Virus record (IMG/VR): IMGVR_UViG_3300010358_000005
Coordinates: 1-42,897 of that record
Source: a virus
Lineage: Duplodnaviria; Caudoviricetes
DNA length: 42,897 bases
Reading direction: 5' to 3' (one strand)
In this document: positions 26,071-34,767 of the stretch, piece by piece
Layout of the letters: the number at the start of each line of letters is the position of its first letter
How positions within the stretch are numbered: the stretch's first letter is position 1
Program-made: the position numbers and the translations under genes
Notes under the pieces: model-generated
Database searches by the model: none
Told to the model about the DNA's origin: nothing
The model's input: the letters and a program-made list of their open reading frames with translations, nothing else

Positions 26071-26517
26071 ATGGCTACCACAGACCTAACCCCCTATCAA
26101 GACCTACTGACAGCGAGAGCCAATTACTGGTGCGGACTCACGGGACGGGAGGATCCTCCTCCCCCCTCGTACCGCATGGTGGACGGCAAGTCCAAGCTAG
26201 GCCGGTACATGGACGAATACGGGTGCCGAGCCAACATGCTTGGAGCTCAGATCGGCTGGCAGAAGAAGTACATCCCGATCCTCATCGGGGCTGGCGCAGG
26301 CCTGCTCTTCGGTGAGGTGGACTGGTTCGTCCTGATCTTCACCCTGCCCTTGCTGGCTACCTACTACTTCGCCATGCGCTGGCGCTACCGCCACCAGTAC
26401 GTCATCTACTACGAGGTGCTGGACCGCATCGAGCAGACCGGCGAGCCGCAGTGGGTGCCTTACGACCGTTGGCGGCTCAGCAAGATCAAAGAGCATCCCG
26501 AAGCGTTGTGGCCCTAA
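26071..26517 (+). CDS. membrane protein
   Basis: Hydrophobic hairpin IPILIGAGAGLLF..WFVLIFTLPLLATYYF. Confidence 0.7.
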   Translation: MATTDLTPYQDLLTARANYWCGLTGREDPPPPSYRMVDGKSKLGRYMDEYGCRANMLGAQIGWQKKYIPILIGAGAGLLFGEVDWFVLIFTLPLLATYYFAMRWRYRHQYVIYYEVLDRIEQTGEPQWVPYDRWRLSKIKEHPEALWP

Positions 26518-27530
26518 TGGCAGAGGTATACAGACCCATTGACGTGCTGGAGAAGCAGGTCGACATGGTGCGCTGGTGGCTGAGCTCGCAGTGGCGACAC
26601 AACATCAGCCAGGGCTTCCAGGCCATGGCTGACCAGTACATCACCATGAAGAACGAGGACGGCTCGACGCCTCCGGTCGACATGTATATCGCAGAGCGAC
26701 TCGACAATGCCGAGACGTTCTTCGTGCACTCCAACATCATCGACCGGCTGTGGCATTTCACCGACGTGTACGAGGCACATGACCACGAGGTCATCCTGCC
26801 CCAAGATCTGCCCTGCCCTCGTGGCTATATCTTCTTGGAGAAGCCCATCCATCTGCTCGATGCCCGAGGCAAGGTCACCTCAGTCAAGGTCATCCTGTGG
26901 TCAGAGGAGAAGCGGGGCGTGACGCTCTGCCAGTTCTCTGACGCCAAGGACGAGCTCGATGAGGTCAACCAGGAGGAGTGGAGCACCTTCGGCAAGGACA
27001 GGGTGGTCGCAGTCGGGGAGTTCCCGCTGCTGCACCTGATTTCCTGGACGTGGGGGCGAAAGATCACCAACCTCACCCCGGATGATTTCGGTGACCCCGA
27101 GAAGATGTATGAGTTCCACAGCCGGGTGACCCCGCTGGAGGTGTACCAGGAGAACATGGACAGCTACGCCTTGATGTCGAACCGATTCAACGGCTTCCTG
27201 GTGTCGCTGTGGGAGTTTGTACAGGAGCAGATCCCGTTCCGGCTCCGGGCTGACCGGCCCATGCTCAAGCGGCTCCAGCGGGCGCACAGCACCCTCTCAG
27301 AGGTCACCGTGATTGATCTGCGGACTGAGGATCGGCCCACGCAGCACACCGACCCTGACCACGTCCCGCAGACCATCATGTGGGCCAGCCGCTGGCGGGT
27401 GCGAGAGCACAAGCGTCGGTGGATCGACAAGAATGGAGACTACCGGGAGACAACAGTCTCCGCTCACGTCAAGGGCCCCGCCCATTTACCACTGATCGAA
27501 AAGGATCGGATCTTTAATGTCAAAAGATAA
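26517..27530 (+). CDS. paralogue of 24917..26023
   Basis: YRPIDVLEKQ, LDNAETF, DLPCPRG, RWRVREH..VKGP. Confidence 0.75.
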   Translation: MAEVYRPIDVLEKQVDMVRWWLSSQWRHNISQGFQAMADQYITMKNEDGSTPPVDMYIAERLDNAETFFVHSNIIDRLWHFTDVYEAHDHEVILPQDLPCPRGYIFLEKPIHLLDARGKVTSVKVILWSEEKRGVTLCQFSDAKDELDEVNQEEWSTFGKDRVVAVGEFPLLHLISWTWGRKITNLTPDDFGDPEKMYEFHSRVTPLEVYQENMDSYALMSNRFNGFLVSLWEFVQEQIPFRLRADRPMLKRLQRAHSTLSEVTVIDLRTEDRPTQHTDPDHVPQTIMWASRWRVREHKRRWIDKNGDYRETTVSAHVKGPAHLPLIEKDRIFNVKR

Positions 27531-27533
27531 AGA

Positions 27534-27560
27534 CGAGCCCGTCGAGTACGAGCGAGCTCG
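27534..27560. terminator. hairpin after gene
   Basis: CGAGCCCG..CGAGCTCG imperfect stem, no U-tract. Confidence 0.3.
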
Positions 27561-27637
27561 CCCCACCTACCTACGCCGTGACGATGGGACTCTCATGCCA
27601 GTCGGCACGTTCAAACCAGTCAACAGAAAGGAAACGA

Positions 27638-27835
27638 ATGAAGTCGAAGATGATAAGTAAGGTCAAGCTAGGTGATAATCGAGAGGTCCGGGTCAGTCGG
27701 ATCCAGACCGGCCTGTCTGAGGATCTCGTCCGGGTAGGAGTCAACCTCCTGCCCAACGGAGAGAACCTCAGTGGCTGCGTGTTCCCCGCCACCTACCTGG
27801 ATGATGTCATCGCCGCCATGAAGAAGGCGGGCTGA
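27638..27835 (+). CDS. small protein, possibly PC4-like
   Basis: GAAAGGA RBS; beta-rich part then G..FP...LD.VI; fold call weak. Confidence 0.6.
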   Translation: MKSKMISKVKLGDNREVRVSRIQTGLSEDLVRVGVNLLPNGENLSGCVFPATYLDDVIAAMKKAG

Positions 27836-27836
27836 C

Positions 27837-28178
27837 ATGGCCGAGGAACAGCTTGTGGAAATGCGGTGCCGATCCTGTGGGATGTTTATGGGGTACCGCA
27901 AGCGCATTGGTCGCTTCGTCTTTTGGTGCAGTGAGGACTGTGCCGACACACCCATGGCGAAGTGGCCCAACACCCAGGTGCGTGACGAGGTGGCGGTAGA
28001 GCTCTTCCTACAGGGCCATAACGTCATGGCTGTCGCCAGGGAGACAGAGACGGCCTATCAGATGGTGCAGCAGCTTGTGACCCGGCGTGGCGTCCCCTAC
28101 CAGGTGATGCAGCACCAACGTCGGCTCGCTAATGATGAGCTCGTGGCCGTAGCTGCTCACGATGTCATGACTGGATAG
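27837..28178 (+). CDS. Zn-finger plus HTH-like protein
   Basis: CRSCG..WCSEDC; GHNVMAVARET.TAYQMVQ..RRG. Confidence 0.6.
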   Translation: MAEEQLVEMRCRSCGMFMGYRKRIGRFVFWCSEDCADTPMAKWPNTQVRDEVAVELFLQGHNVMAVARETETAYQMVQQLVTRRGVPYQVMQHQRRLANDELVAVAAHDVMTG

Positions 28179-28233
28179 CTCAGGACAGGATCGGGTAGAG
28201 TGAATCACAGCGGTGTGGTAGCCGTAGCTGACA

Positions 28234-28266
28234 GGAGGGCCCCCCTTTACGGCGGGGCCCTTCTTC
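28234..28266 (+). terminator. intrinsic terminator-like hairpin
   Basis: GGAGGGCCCC/GGGGCCCTTC, followed by TTC. Confidence 0.55.
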
Positions 28267-28342
28267 AATGTGGGGCCCCTGAAAAATATGTGCGGTCCTG
28301 GCTTGACGTAGATAGCGCTGTAGACTACCCTGGTTGTCAGCA

Positions 28343-28443
28343 GGGCCCGCTCTCTCGCACAGCGAGCAGACCTGTGGCGTTCGATCCGAGAGGTAGAGCG
28401 TTGGGCCCGTGCCCTGGCACCCCTTTTTTCGGGGGGCCGGGCC
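28343..28443 (+). ncRNA. candidate small structured RNA
   Basis: TTGACG-N17-TACCCT at 28303-28331; nested stems; GTTCGATCC; second hairpin. Confidence 0.4.
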
Positions 28444-28510
28444 CTTGCATAGGGGGCAGACTCCTCCGCTTAGAAGTCTCCCACAAGTAGGGCTCGCTGT
28501 CCAGTCAGGG

Positions 28511-28777
28511 TCAGATATTTCCCATCGGGCCGATGTTCACCCCACCGGTACCGGCAGGCTGGTTGGGCCCCATGGGAGCGGTGGCACCACCCAGGACGTG
28601 GCTCACCTCACTGCCAGCCACATGGCCTGCCACGGTGCGGCCAAAGGACGAGCCCAGGATTTTCCCCACCGGGTTGTCGTTGAAGTCTTTCAGCACCCCA
28701 CCCAGGCGTCCGAGCCCAATACGGGATAGCAGACCCTCTGCTACAGGGGCTGCGGCTTCTTCTGCGATGGCTGCCAT
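28511..28777 (-). CDS. Gly/Ala-rich small protein
   Basis: TAGGCT 6 nt before ATG. Confidence 0.65.
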   Translation of the reverse strand: MAAIAEEAAAPVAEGLLSRIGLGRLGGVLKDFNDNPVGKILGSSFGRTVAGHVAGSEVSHVLGGATAPMGPNQPAGTGGVNIGPMGNI

Positions 28778-28835
28778 AGCCGAAGCCTAGTTGGGTGGTC
28801 AAGGCCTGGCCGAACCGGTGGGCAAGACTATGGGC

Positions 28836-29321
28836 ATGGCTGACGAGCAAGAGCACCCACATCGCAGAGCATCAACCAAGGCCAAGGCTGAGGAAGAGGA
28901 GGTGACTGCTGAGGCGACCGACGAGGCCCAGGCCGAGGAGCAGCAGGCCGAGCTCCTCCCGGTGAATGCCATCAGCCCCTACGAGCTCCCGGCCAACACC
29001 GCTGCGGCTCAGCAGTACCTGGCGATGGGCGTCGTTGTGGACGAGTCCATAGAGCTCCCCGAGGAGCAGGTCGCCGCCGCCCAAAACGAGATCGCACTCT
29101 ACGGGCACCCCAACGACCCCCGTATTAGCGGAGGCAGCCTGGTAGACAACCCGTTGTCACCCGAAGACCTGGCCGTCGTACCCGCACGGGAGATCGAGAT
29201 GCCCGAGGTCGAGGAAAAGGGCTGGCACACCTGGGGTGACATGCAGGGCGGCGAGACGGCTGAGGAAGAGGTGGCCGAGGAAGCAAGCAAGGCCGAGAAG
29301 AAAGTGGAGGCCAAGGCATAA
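28836..29321 (+). CDS. acidic hypothetical protein
   Basis: Glu-rich ORF coupled to the next gene. Confidence 0.65.
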   Translation: MADEQEHPHRRASTKAKAEEEEVTAEATDEAQAEEQQAELLPVNAISPYELPANTAAAQQYLAMGVVVDESIELPEEQVAAAQNEIALYGHPNDPRISGGSLVDNPLSPEDLAVVPAREIEMPEVEEKGWHTWGDMQGGETAEEEVAEEASKAEKKVEAKA

Positions 29322-29962
29322 TGGCTACCCCCTACAACCCCCTCGCCAACCCCTACATCATCAACCCCCGAGAGCTCCCGGCCAACCAAGCTGCCGCCAA
29401 TGCCGTCCCGGCCTGGAACGTGGGCACGGCTAATCAGTGGTGCCAGTCACCGTTCTACCTGCCCAATTGGGCCGACTCCACCGCTGGCCCGCAGCCCCCG
29501 CCGTATGGGCCCCCGCCCGGTACTCAGGTACAAGGCCCCGGCCAGGCCAAGAGCCCGGTCGCCACGGCTTCGGTGCCAGCGCCCGATGTCCTCATCAATG
29601 ACCGTGATGTCGCCTCTGTAGCAGCCCTGACCGCCGAGAAGACCAGGCTGACCAACGCCAACACAGCCAACAGCGCAGCCATCACAGCCATCAACGCCCT
29701 CACAGGTGGAGCTCCTGGCGTCGTCTCGGTCACCCCCAACACCGCTGTGCATGCCGTCGCCACCCCGGTCACCATCGAGGGTTCCGGCTTCACCGGGGCC
29801 ACCACAGTCACCATCGGCGTGGCCTGCACCGCAGTGACCGTGGTCAACGACGGCCAGATCACCTGTACCACTGGTGCCACCACCGTGGCGGGCACCTTCA
29901 ACGTGGTGGTCGTCACCCCCAACGGTACCGGTACCGGTACCGGCTTGATGACCTTCACCTAG
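29321..29962 (+). CDS. IPT/TIG-domain protein, likely virion structural
   Basis: P.V.SVTP..VTIEGSGFTGATTVTIG..VVNDGQITC..V.VVTPNG. Confidence 0.75.
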   Translation: MATPYNPLANPYIINPRELPANQAAANAVPAWNVGTANQWCQSPFYLPNWADSTAGPQPPPYGPPPGTQVQGPGQAKSPVATASVPAPDVLINDRDVASVAALTAEKTRLTNANTANSAAITAINALTGGAPGVVSVTPNTAVHAVATPVTIEGSGFTGATTVTIGVACTAVTVVNDGQITCTTGATTVAGTFNVVVVTPNGTGTGTGLMTFT

Positions 29963-30162
29963 TGGCTGTCCAGCGAGGTGTCCTCACCTCTCAGAACATC
30001 CCCATGTCAGGGCGGCGGATCCTGGTAGCTGACAGCCCGCCGCCTTGCTTCTTGGACCGGTGGTCAGGGGAGTGGATGTGCGGCCACGATCATGACCTCC
30101 CTGTGCCCCTCCAGGACGCCTACGAGCTCTCGCAGGGCTGGACTGCCCAGAGCTCGTTCTAG
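29962..30162 (+). CDS. hypothetical protein
   Basis: TAGTG coupling. Confidence 0.5.
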   Translation: MAVQRGVLTSQNIPMSGRRILVADSPPPCFLDRWSGEWMCGHDHDLPVPLQDAYELSQGWTAQSSF

Positions 30163-30168
30163 GGGCTC

Positions 30169-30801
30169 TCAGGGGGCTTCAAGGGGCTCTACGGCGACTG
30201 TGAAGGCCACAGGAGAGGTGAGGGTCACGTCTCCCACCGTGACGAGCACGTCATAGGTGCCAGGATCCAAGGCGTAGGGCACAGTGGCCGTCACCGTGGC
30301 GTCGTCCACCACGACCAAGTTCTGGCAGTCGGCCCCGATGTTCACGCTGGTGGTACCAGTCAGACCAAAGCCACTGATGGTCACATCCGTAGCGGTGTTG
30401 TAGACCCCGGTGGTGGGGTCTATGCCCGACACTCCAGAGGTCGGGGGCGGCTCCCAGTCGGGGTCATACGCAGCCGTAAAGCCCTGGCCGTTGGGCATGT
30501 ACCACATCGAGGCCACCATGGGGAAGTTCTCGCCTACTGCGACCTGGATGTCCTCGTCAGAGATCTGTGACTGGTCAGGAGGATCACCCGCTGCGTCCGC
30601 TATTGCAGGAGTCCGAGCCACGATACGGATGTAGGCGTCCATCACATTCTCAGCGCCCCGCAGGGTGTCGTAGGCCACGTTCGACCAGTCAAGATGGTCG
30701 GGATCGTCCAGGTGCTCCTGGCACTCGATGTAAGCGCACACCCGCACCCGATCCTGAAAGGCTGCGTCCTGGGCCAGTTGGGCAATGCTGGCGTAGCTCA
30801 T
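30169..30801 (-). CDS. IPT/TIG-domain protein
   Basis: VTISGFGLTGTTSVNIG..VVDD.TVTA.VP..PGTYDV; ATGA coupling. Confidence 0.7.
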   Translation of the reverse strand: MSYASIAQLAQDAAFQDRVRVCAYIECQEHLDDPDHLDWSNVAYDTLRGAENVMDAYIRIVARTPAIADAAGDPPDQSQISDEDIQVAVGENFPMVASMWYMPNGQGFTAAYDPDWEPPPTSGVSGIDPTTGVYNTATDVTISGFGLTGTTSVNIGADCQNLVVVDDATVTATVPYALDPGTYDVLVTVGDVTLTSPVAFTVAVEPLEAP

Positions 30802-31082
30802 GAGCTCCCCTCCTGTCGGGCGGCGGCAGCCTGGCTGGCTTCCTGGGCCGAGCGAGCTACCTGCATCTGGAATGCCATGACAGCTTCGGCTGTCTTCATG
30901 GCCGTGAAGTCGGCCAGGATGTTGCTGAGGGCCGGGAAGATGTCCTTGGCGTTGGCCTCCCGGTGGGCCATGAAGCGCTCGCTGGGATCGATGACGGCCC
31001 GAGAGGAGCCGTCCAGGTCGACCACCACCATGAACAGAGTCAGGCACTCCTGGGGGGCTGGTTCGGAGCCGTTAACTGTCAT
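30798..31082 (-). CDS. hypothetical protein
   Basis: ORF in operon. Confidence 0.65.
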   Translation of the reverse strand: MTVNGSEPAPQECLTLFMVVVDLDGSSRAVIDPSERFMAHREANAKDIFPALSNILADFTAMKTAEAVMAFQMQVARSAQEASQAAAARQEGSS

Positions 31083-31617
31083 ACATGCCCTTTAACAGAC
31101 GCTTTTTGGTGACCACTGCCGTCGCCACCGGACAGAAGTGGCAAAGGTACACCTCGCTGCCCTTCCAGCCCTCAGGAGTTAATCGGCGGTTGCTGTCACA
31201 CCAGTCGATGCAGTCCGCACCTTGGGGTCTGCGATGCAGGTTGAAGCACCGCATGGCATCTTCCCGGTAGGTGTCCTTGGTGGCGTAAAACTCCGGGTGC
31301 ATCCCGGTCCAGCGCTCGCCCAGCCCCTTCAAGATGTCGTCTCGGTGACCCTCCCAGAAGGTGTGCGAGCCCCGGATGCTGGAGTGACCCAGCTTCGACC
31401 CGTTCAAGCCCACCTTGACCTTCTCCCCACAGTGGCAGGGATCCTCTGAGGCCACTAGGAGGGCGGCGGCATCGGCTCGCATGTCCCCATGCTTCTGGAC
31501 GTGGCGGCGCACCAGGCCATCGAGGATGGGGTCGCTGGCCTCAAGCTCCTTGGGGCCGTCGTACAGGGGGAACGTCTCGATGGTCTGGCATTCCCTGCAC
31601 ACCAGGAGGCGAGGCAT
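31072..31617 (-). CDS. Cys/His-rich hypothetical protein
   Basis: RLLVCREC, EDAMRCF..H.RP, YLCHFCP. Confidence 0.7.
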   Translation of the reverse strand: MPRLLVCRECQTIETFPLYDGPKELEASDPILDGLVRRHVQKHGDMRADAAALLVASEDPCHCGEKVKVGLNGSKLGHSSIRGSHTFWEGHRDDILKGLGERWTGMHPEFYATKDTYREDAMRCFNLHRRPQGADCIDWCDSNRRLTPEGWKGSEVYLCHFCPVATAVVTKKRLLKGMYDS

Positions 31618-31836
31618 CTAGCGGACGAACCTCCCGTCCGGGGTGCGCTTCTCCGGGGCCTCAAAGATGCCGTAGCCGTTGCCGTCCCCGGCATTGAGGT
31701 TCATCTTGTCGGCAATTTCCAGGAGCCGGTCAGGGTCGGGATAGTTGGACCGGTTCAGAATGAACCGCTTGTAGGTGCCGTCCACCATCCCTTCCAAGAG
31801 CTCAGAGTTCATGCTCCTGTCTCGCATAGCGGTCAT
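31618..31836 (-). CDS. hypothetical protein
   Basis: RSMNSELLEGMVDG.YK; coupled ORF. Confidence 0.65.
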   Translation of the reverse strand: MTAMRDRSMNSELLEGMVDGTYKRFILNRSNYPDPDRLLEIADKMNLNAGDGNGYGIFEAPEKRTPDGRFVR

Positions 31837-32192
31837 GAAAGATCTCCCAGGTTCGGGGCTACCTTGACGGTGTCACCAGCTACGGACCCCCCAATGAAGT
31901 CGGCGGGCTGGTCGTTGTAATCCTTGGCAGCGTTGGGGGCTTCGTATTGTGAGGGATGAGTGCCCTGCTTCATGGCTGCTTGGCGGCGACCGATTTCCTG
32001 CCGCTTCTTCTCATGCAGCATGGCTCCCACCAGGGGGCCCCCGATATCCGCAGCAAAGTTGACCGCACCCAGGATGGTCTTCATACCCAGGGGCTTGGCC
32101 TGTTCAGTTAGCTGTCCCATGGGACCGATACCAGCAGCAACGTGGGACGGTCCTGTTTCCGCCGCTCTAAATGGCATGTCGCCTCCTACCAC
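31833..32192 (-). CDS. Gly/Ala-rich hypothetical protein
   Basis: ORF in operon; start uncertain. Confidence 0.55.
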   Translation of the reverse strand: MVGGDMPFRAAETGPSHVAAGIGPMGQLTEQAKPLGMKTILGAVNFAADIGGPLVGAMLHEKKRQEIGRRQAAMKQGTHPSQYEAPNAAKDYNDQPADFIGGSVAGDTVKVAPNLGDLS

Positions 32193-32548
32193 ACATCGTT
32201 GACCCCAACATTACGGGCCGAGGCTTGCCAGCCAGCGACGCCCCCTGAGAGGGCATAGCGGGCATCGGGGAAGCTGCGGTCTACATCCAGCACCATCTCC
32301 ATGCCAGGCTGCCGCTCCGGGTACGGGGTGTAGCCATAGCGGGGCGGGAAGGGCTCCAGATAGATGGGTGGACGCACCGTAGCCACGATCTCCTGGCCGG
32401 GGATCATGGCCGTCCTCAACGCCGCCGTTACCAGGAGCTCTTGGCTGGAGTAGTTCGGGCCGAGCTCAGCGTAGATGTCCCCGGAATTCTGGAGCCGCAC
32501 CGGGCGGGGGCCGTCGATCACAGCGCACCAATCCTGGCTATCGAGCAC
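32186..32548 (-). CDS. hypothetical protein
   Basis: FPPRYGY; ORF in operon. Confidence 0.6.
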   Translation of the reverse strand: MLDSQDWCAVIDGPRPVRLQNSGDIYAELGPNYSSQELLVTAALRTAMIPGQEIVATVRPPIYLEPFPPRYGYTPYPERQPGMEMVLDVDRSFPDARYALSGGVAGWQASARNVGVNDVW

Positions 32549-33039
32549 TGACTCTCATAACCACCTCGCAAGGGCTGGCTGGCTACACTACAAGAGCATG
32601 TGAAATCGATCTGATCCCCTACAGCGCAGAATATAATACCGTTTACTTCTCCTACCGTAGCCACTGTGCCTATAGACTGATAACTGTTGGCAACCAGAAT
32701 GTTCGCTCCATTAAGCCTAACAGCCGGGGTTACCGAGCCAGACCCTGTCATACCGATTGACACAGACGCCCTAATGGCATAGACACCGGCCAACGGAGCG
32801 GTATAAATACCCGTGGTGGTGTTATACATGCCCCCGATATTTGAGCCCTGCAACACCGAGTCGTAGATTATCTGGTACGTAGTGTTCGCTGTGGTAAAGG
32901 TGAAGGCAGCAGCACGCTGAACCCTGGCGAAGTAAGTACGGTCGTTAGGAGCCAGGTCAACGTAGTTCTTGGTTGCCAGATCCTGAGCGTTGACCGGGTC
33001 CGGTGCGCTGATGATGCGGGCGTAGTCTGCGAAAGTCAT
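32518..33039 (-). CDS. tail-associated C1q-like domain protein
   Basis: DLATKNYVD, YNTTTGIYTAPLAGVY, CAVGDQI. Confidence 0.7.
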   Translation of the reverse strand: MTFADYARIISAPDPVNAQDLATKNYVDLAPNDRTYFARVQRAAAFTFTTANTTYQIIYDSVLQGSNIGGMYNTTTGIYTAPLAGVYAIRASVSIGMTGSGSVTPAVRLNGANILVANSYQSIGTVATVGEVNGIIFCAVGDQIDFTCSCSVASQPLRGGYESQCSIARIGAL

Positions 33040-33629
33040 CAGCCTGTCCCCTCGTACTTGGCACTGAGGTAGGTGTGAATAGAACCTGTCAGTATCGGCA
33101 ACGCCGGTTGAGTATTGCCGTTCATCGTCCAAGAGGGGTTCGTACCACTCACATACCAGGACTCGCTGATGGACACACTGGCGGCGTAGCTGGCGCTTCC
33201 TGACACAGCATTTTGAACAGAAACTTGTGTGGCGTTGTTCGACATGAGGTAGATGATGAAGTTCTGACCGGCTGCCGTAGGGTTGCACCGACAGTTGACG
33301 ATGAACCGCCAATACCCAGAAATAGGCATGATGATCCCACCAGTGCCGCTGGCGGCAGGATCACTGAACAGGCCATAGACATCCCGAGTCACGCTGTCCA
33401 TCGGAATGAGGATAGTACCGCTGGTCTGAAAGGTGTAGGCCGCATTACGAAAGACCCGGCAATACAGCACATCTCTGGCCCTGGCCCAGTTGCCGTTACT
33501 CACACCACTCTTGGCAACCCATATCTCTCCGGTCGGATCAGTGAACGACCACAGGCCGTTGTAGAGGGGGCCCGCAGTTGTGACTGGAGCGGGCAGAGGA
33601 ACCGGGTCAGTGTAATTAATAAGTGTCAT
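33039..33629 (-). CDS. tail-associated protein: DPTGE anchor plus C1q-like domain
   Basis: FTDPTGEIWVAKSGVSNGNWARARDV. Confidence 0.7.
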   Translation of the reverse strand: MTLINYTDPVPLPAPVTTAGPLYNGLWSFTDPTGEIWVAKSGVSNGNWARARDVLYCRVFRNAAYTFQTSGTILIPMDSVTRDVYGLFSDPAASGTGGIIMPISGYWRFIVNCRCNPTAAGQNFIIYLMSNNATQVSVQNAVSGSASYAASVSISESWYVSGTNPSWTMNGNTQPALPILTGSIHTYLSAKYEGTG

Positions 33630-34192
33630 CAGCCTGTCCCTTGATACATGACCCATAAGGCACTGCGGGCATTGTCACCGACTGCCATCACCAAGCTGGC
33701 CGTGGTGTATTCAAACATCACTGAAACCGCCACACCCGCTGCCGCATAGCCTTCTGCGTTCGCCTGGACTCGCAACGGAAAGGCCGTGCCCGGTGTCTGC
33801 GAAACAGTAGACCGCACAGTAAACCCAGATCCACCCAGGTAATACCCAATGACCTGATTGACAGCAGTGGAACCCAACTCAATAACCGCACCCGCACGCC
33901 ACAACCCAGCAATGGGCAGTGTGATGGTGGGAGCGGTGAACATGCCATAAACATCTCTCAGCGCCGTGTCGAATGGGCACGTCTGTCCGTTAGGGGTAGA
34001 CGACAGGGTGTAGGCGGCTTGACGATAGACTCGACAGAACAACACATCTCTGGCCTTGCGCCACTGCCCTGAGTTCACGCCGTTCTTGGCGACCCACACC
34101 TCCCCGGTCGGATCGGTGTAGCTCTGGATAGTCGACCCTGATGTGAGCGGAGCCGGGGTTGGAACGAAGTCGGTGTAGTTGAGGAATGCCAT
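33629..34192 (-). CDS. tail-associated protein: DPTGE anchor plus C1q-like domain
   Basis: YTDPTGEVWVAKNGVNSGQWRKARDV. Confidence 0.7.
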   Translation of the reverse strand: MAFLNYTDFVPTPAPLTSGSTIQSYTDPTGEVWVAKNGVNSGQWRKARDVLFCRVYRQAAYTLSSTPNGQTCPFDTALRDVYGMFTAPTITLPIAGLWRAGAVIELGSTAVNQVIGYYLGGSGFTVRSTVSQTPGTAFPLRVQANAEGYAAAGVAVSVMFEYTTASLVMAVGDNARSALWVMYQGTG

Positions 34193-34767
34193 CAGACCGC
34201 CCCCATCCCATCAAAGGCAACTTGAAGGTTAGTGAGAGTGTAGTTACCGTAATACTGGGCCGTGGCTATGGAACAGTTCACCCGTAGTTCAAGGTAATCA
34301 CCAGCGTTCCATCTTGCGATACCTCCACCAGCCTGAGTGGTAGTCTGATTAGCCAGAAACCATGCGTCGCCAATACGCATAACCTCTGCACCGCTCCTGA
34401 AGACACTCGTAATCAGCCTGGCTCCAGTACTACTGACAGGAATAGTGAGAAGAGCACTGACCCGCCACCAGGCACCACTGAACGGTATGGTGATCTGATT
34501 ACTGGCGCACATCCCGAACGGGTCATTCAAACTACCCGGTGGGTTCAAAGTGACCACGTTAGAAGTATTGGCCGGGGTGATGGTGGCGTTCGCAGAAGGC
34601 CAGGCGTAGCACTTAAGTACATCTCGGGCTCGACCCCAGTTGCCGTTGTTCACCCCGTTCTTGGCGACCCACATGTCACCCGTTGGGTCAAGGTAGGTCT
34701 GAATGGTCGTCCCCGACGTGACCGGGGCTGGAAGAGGAATTGGGTCAGCGTAGGTTGGGAAGCTCAT
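34192..34767 (-). CDS. tail-associated protein: anchor plus C1q-like domain
   Basis: YLDPTGDMWVAKNGVNNGNWGRARDV, NAGDYLEL. Confidence 0.7.
   Translation of the reverse strand: MSFPTYADPIPLPAPVTSGTTIQTYLDPTGDMWVAKNGVNNGNWGRARDVLKCYAWPSANATITPANTSNVVTLNPPGSLNDPFGMCASNQITIPFSGAWWRVSALLTIPVSSTGARLITSVFRSGAEVMRIGDAWFLANQTTTQAGGGIARWNAGDYLELRVNCSIATAQYYGNYTLTNLQVAFDGMGAV

Noticed and set aside
28172-28235. tRNA-like TAGCTCAG...GGTAGAG
   Set aside because: No acceptor stem, anticodon arm or T arm at the correct spacing.
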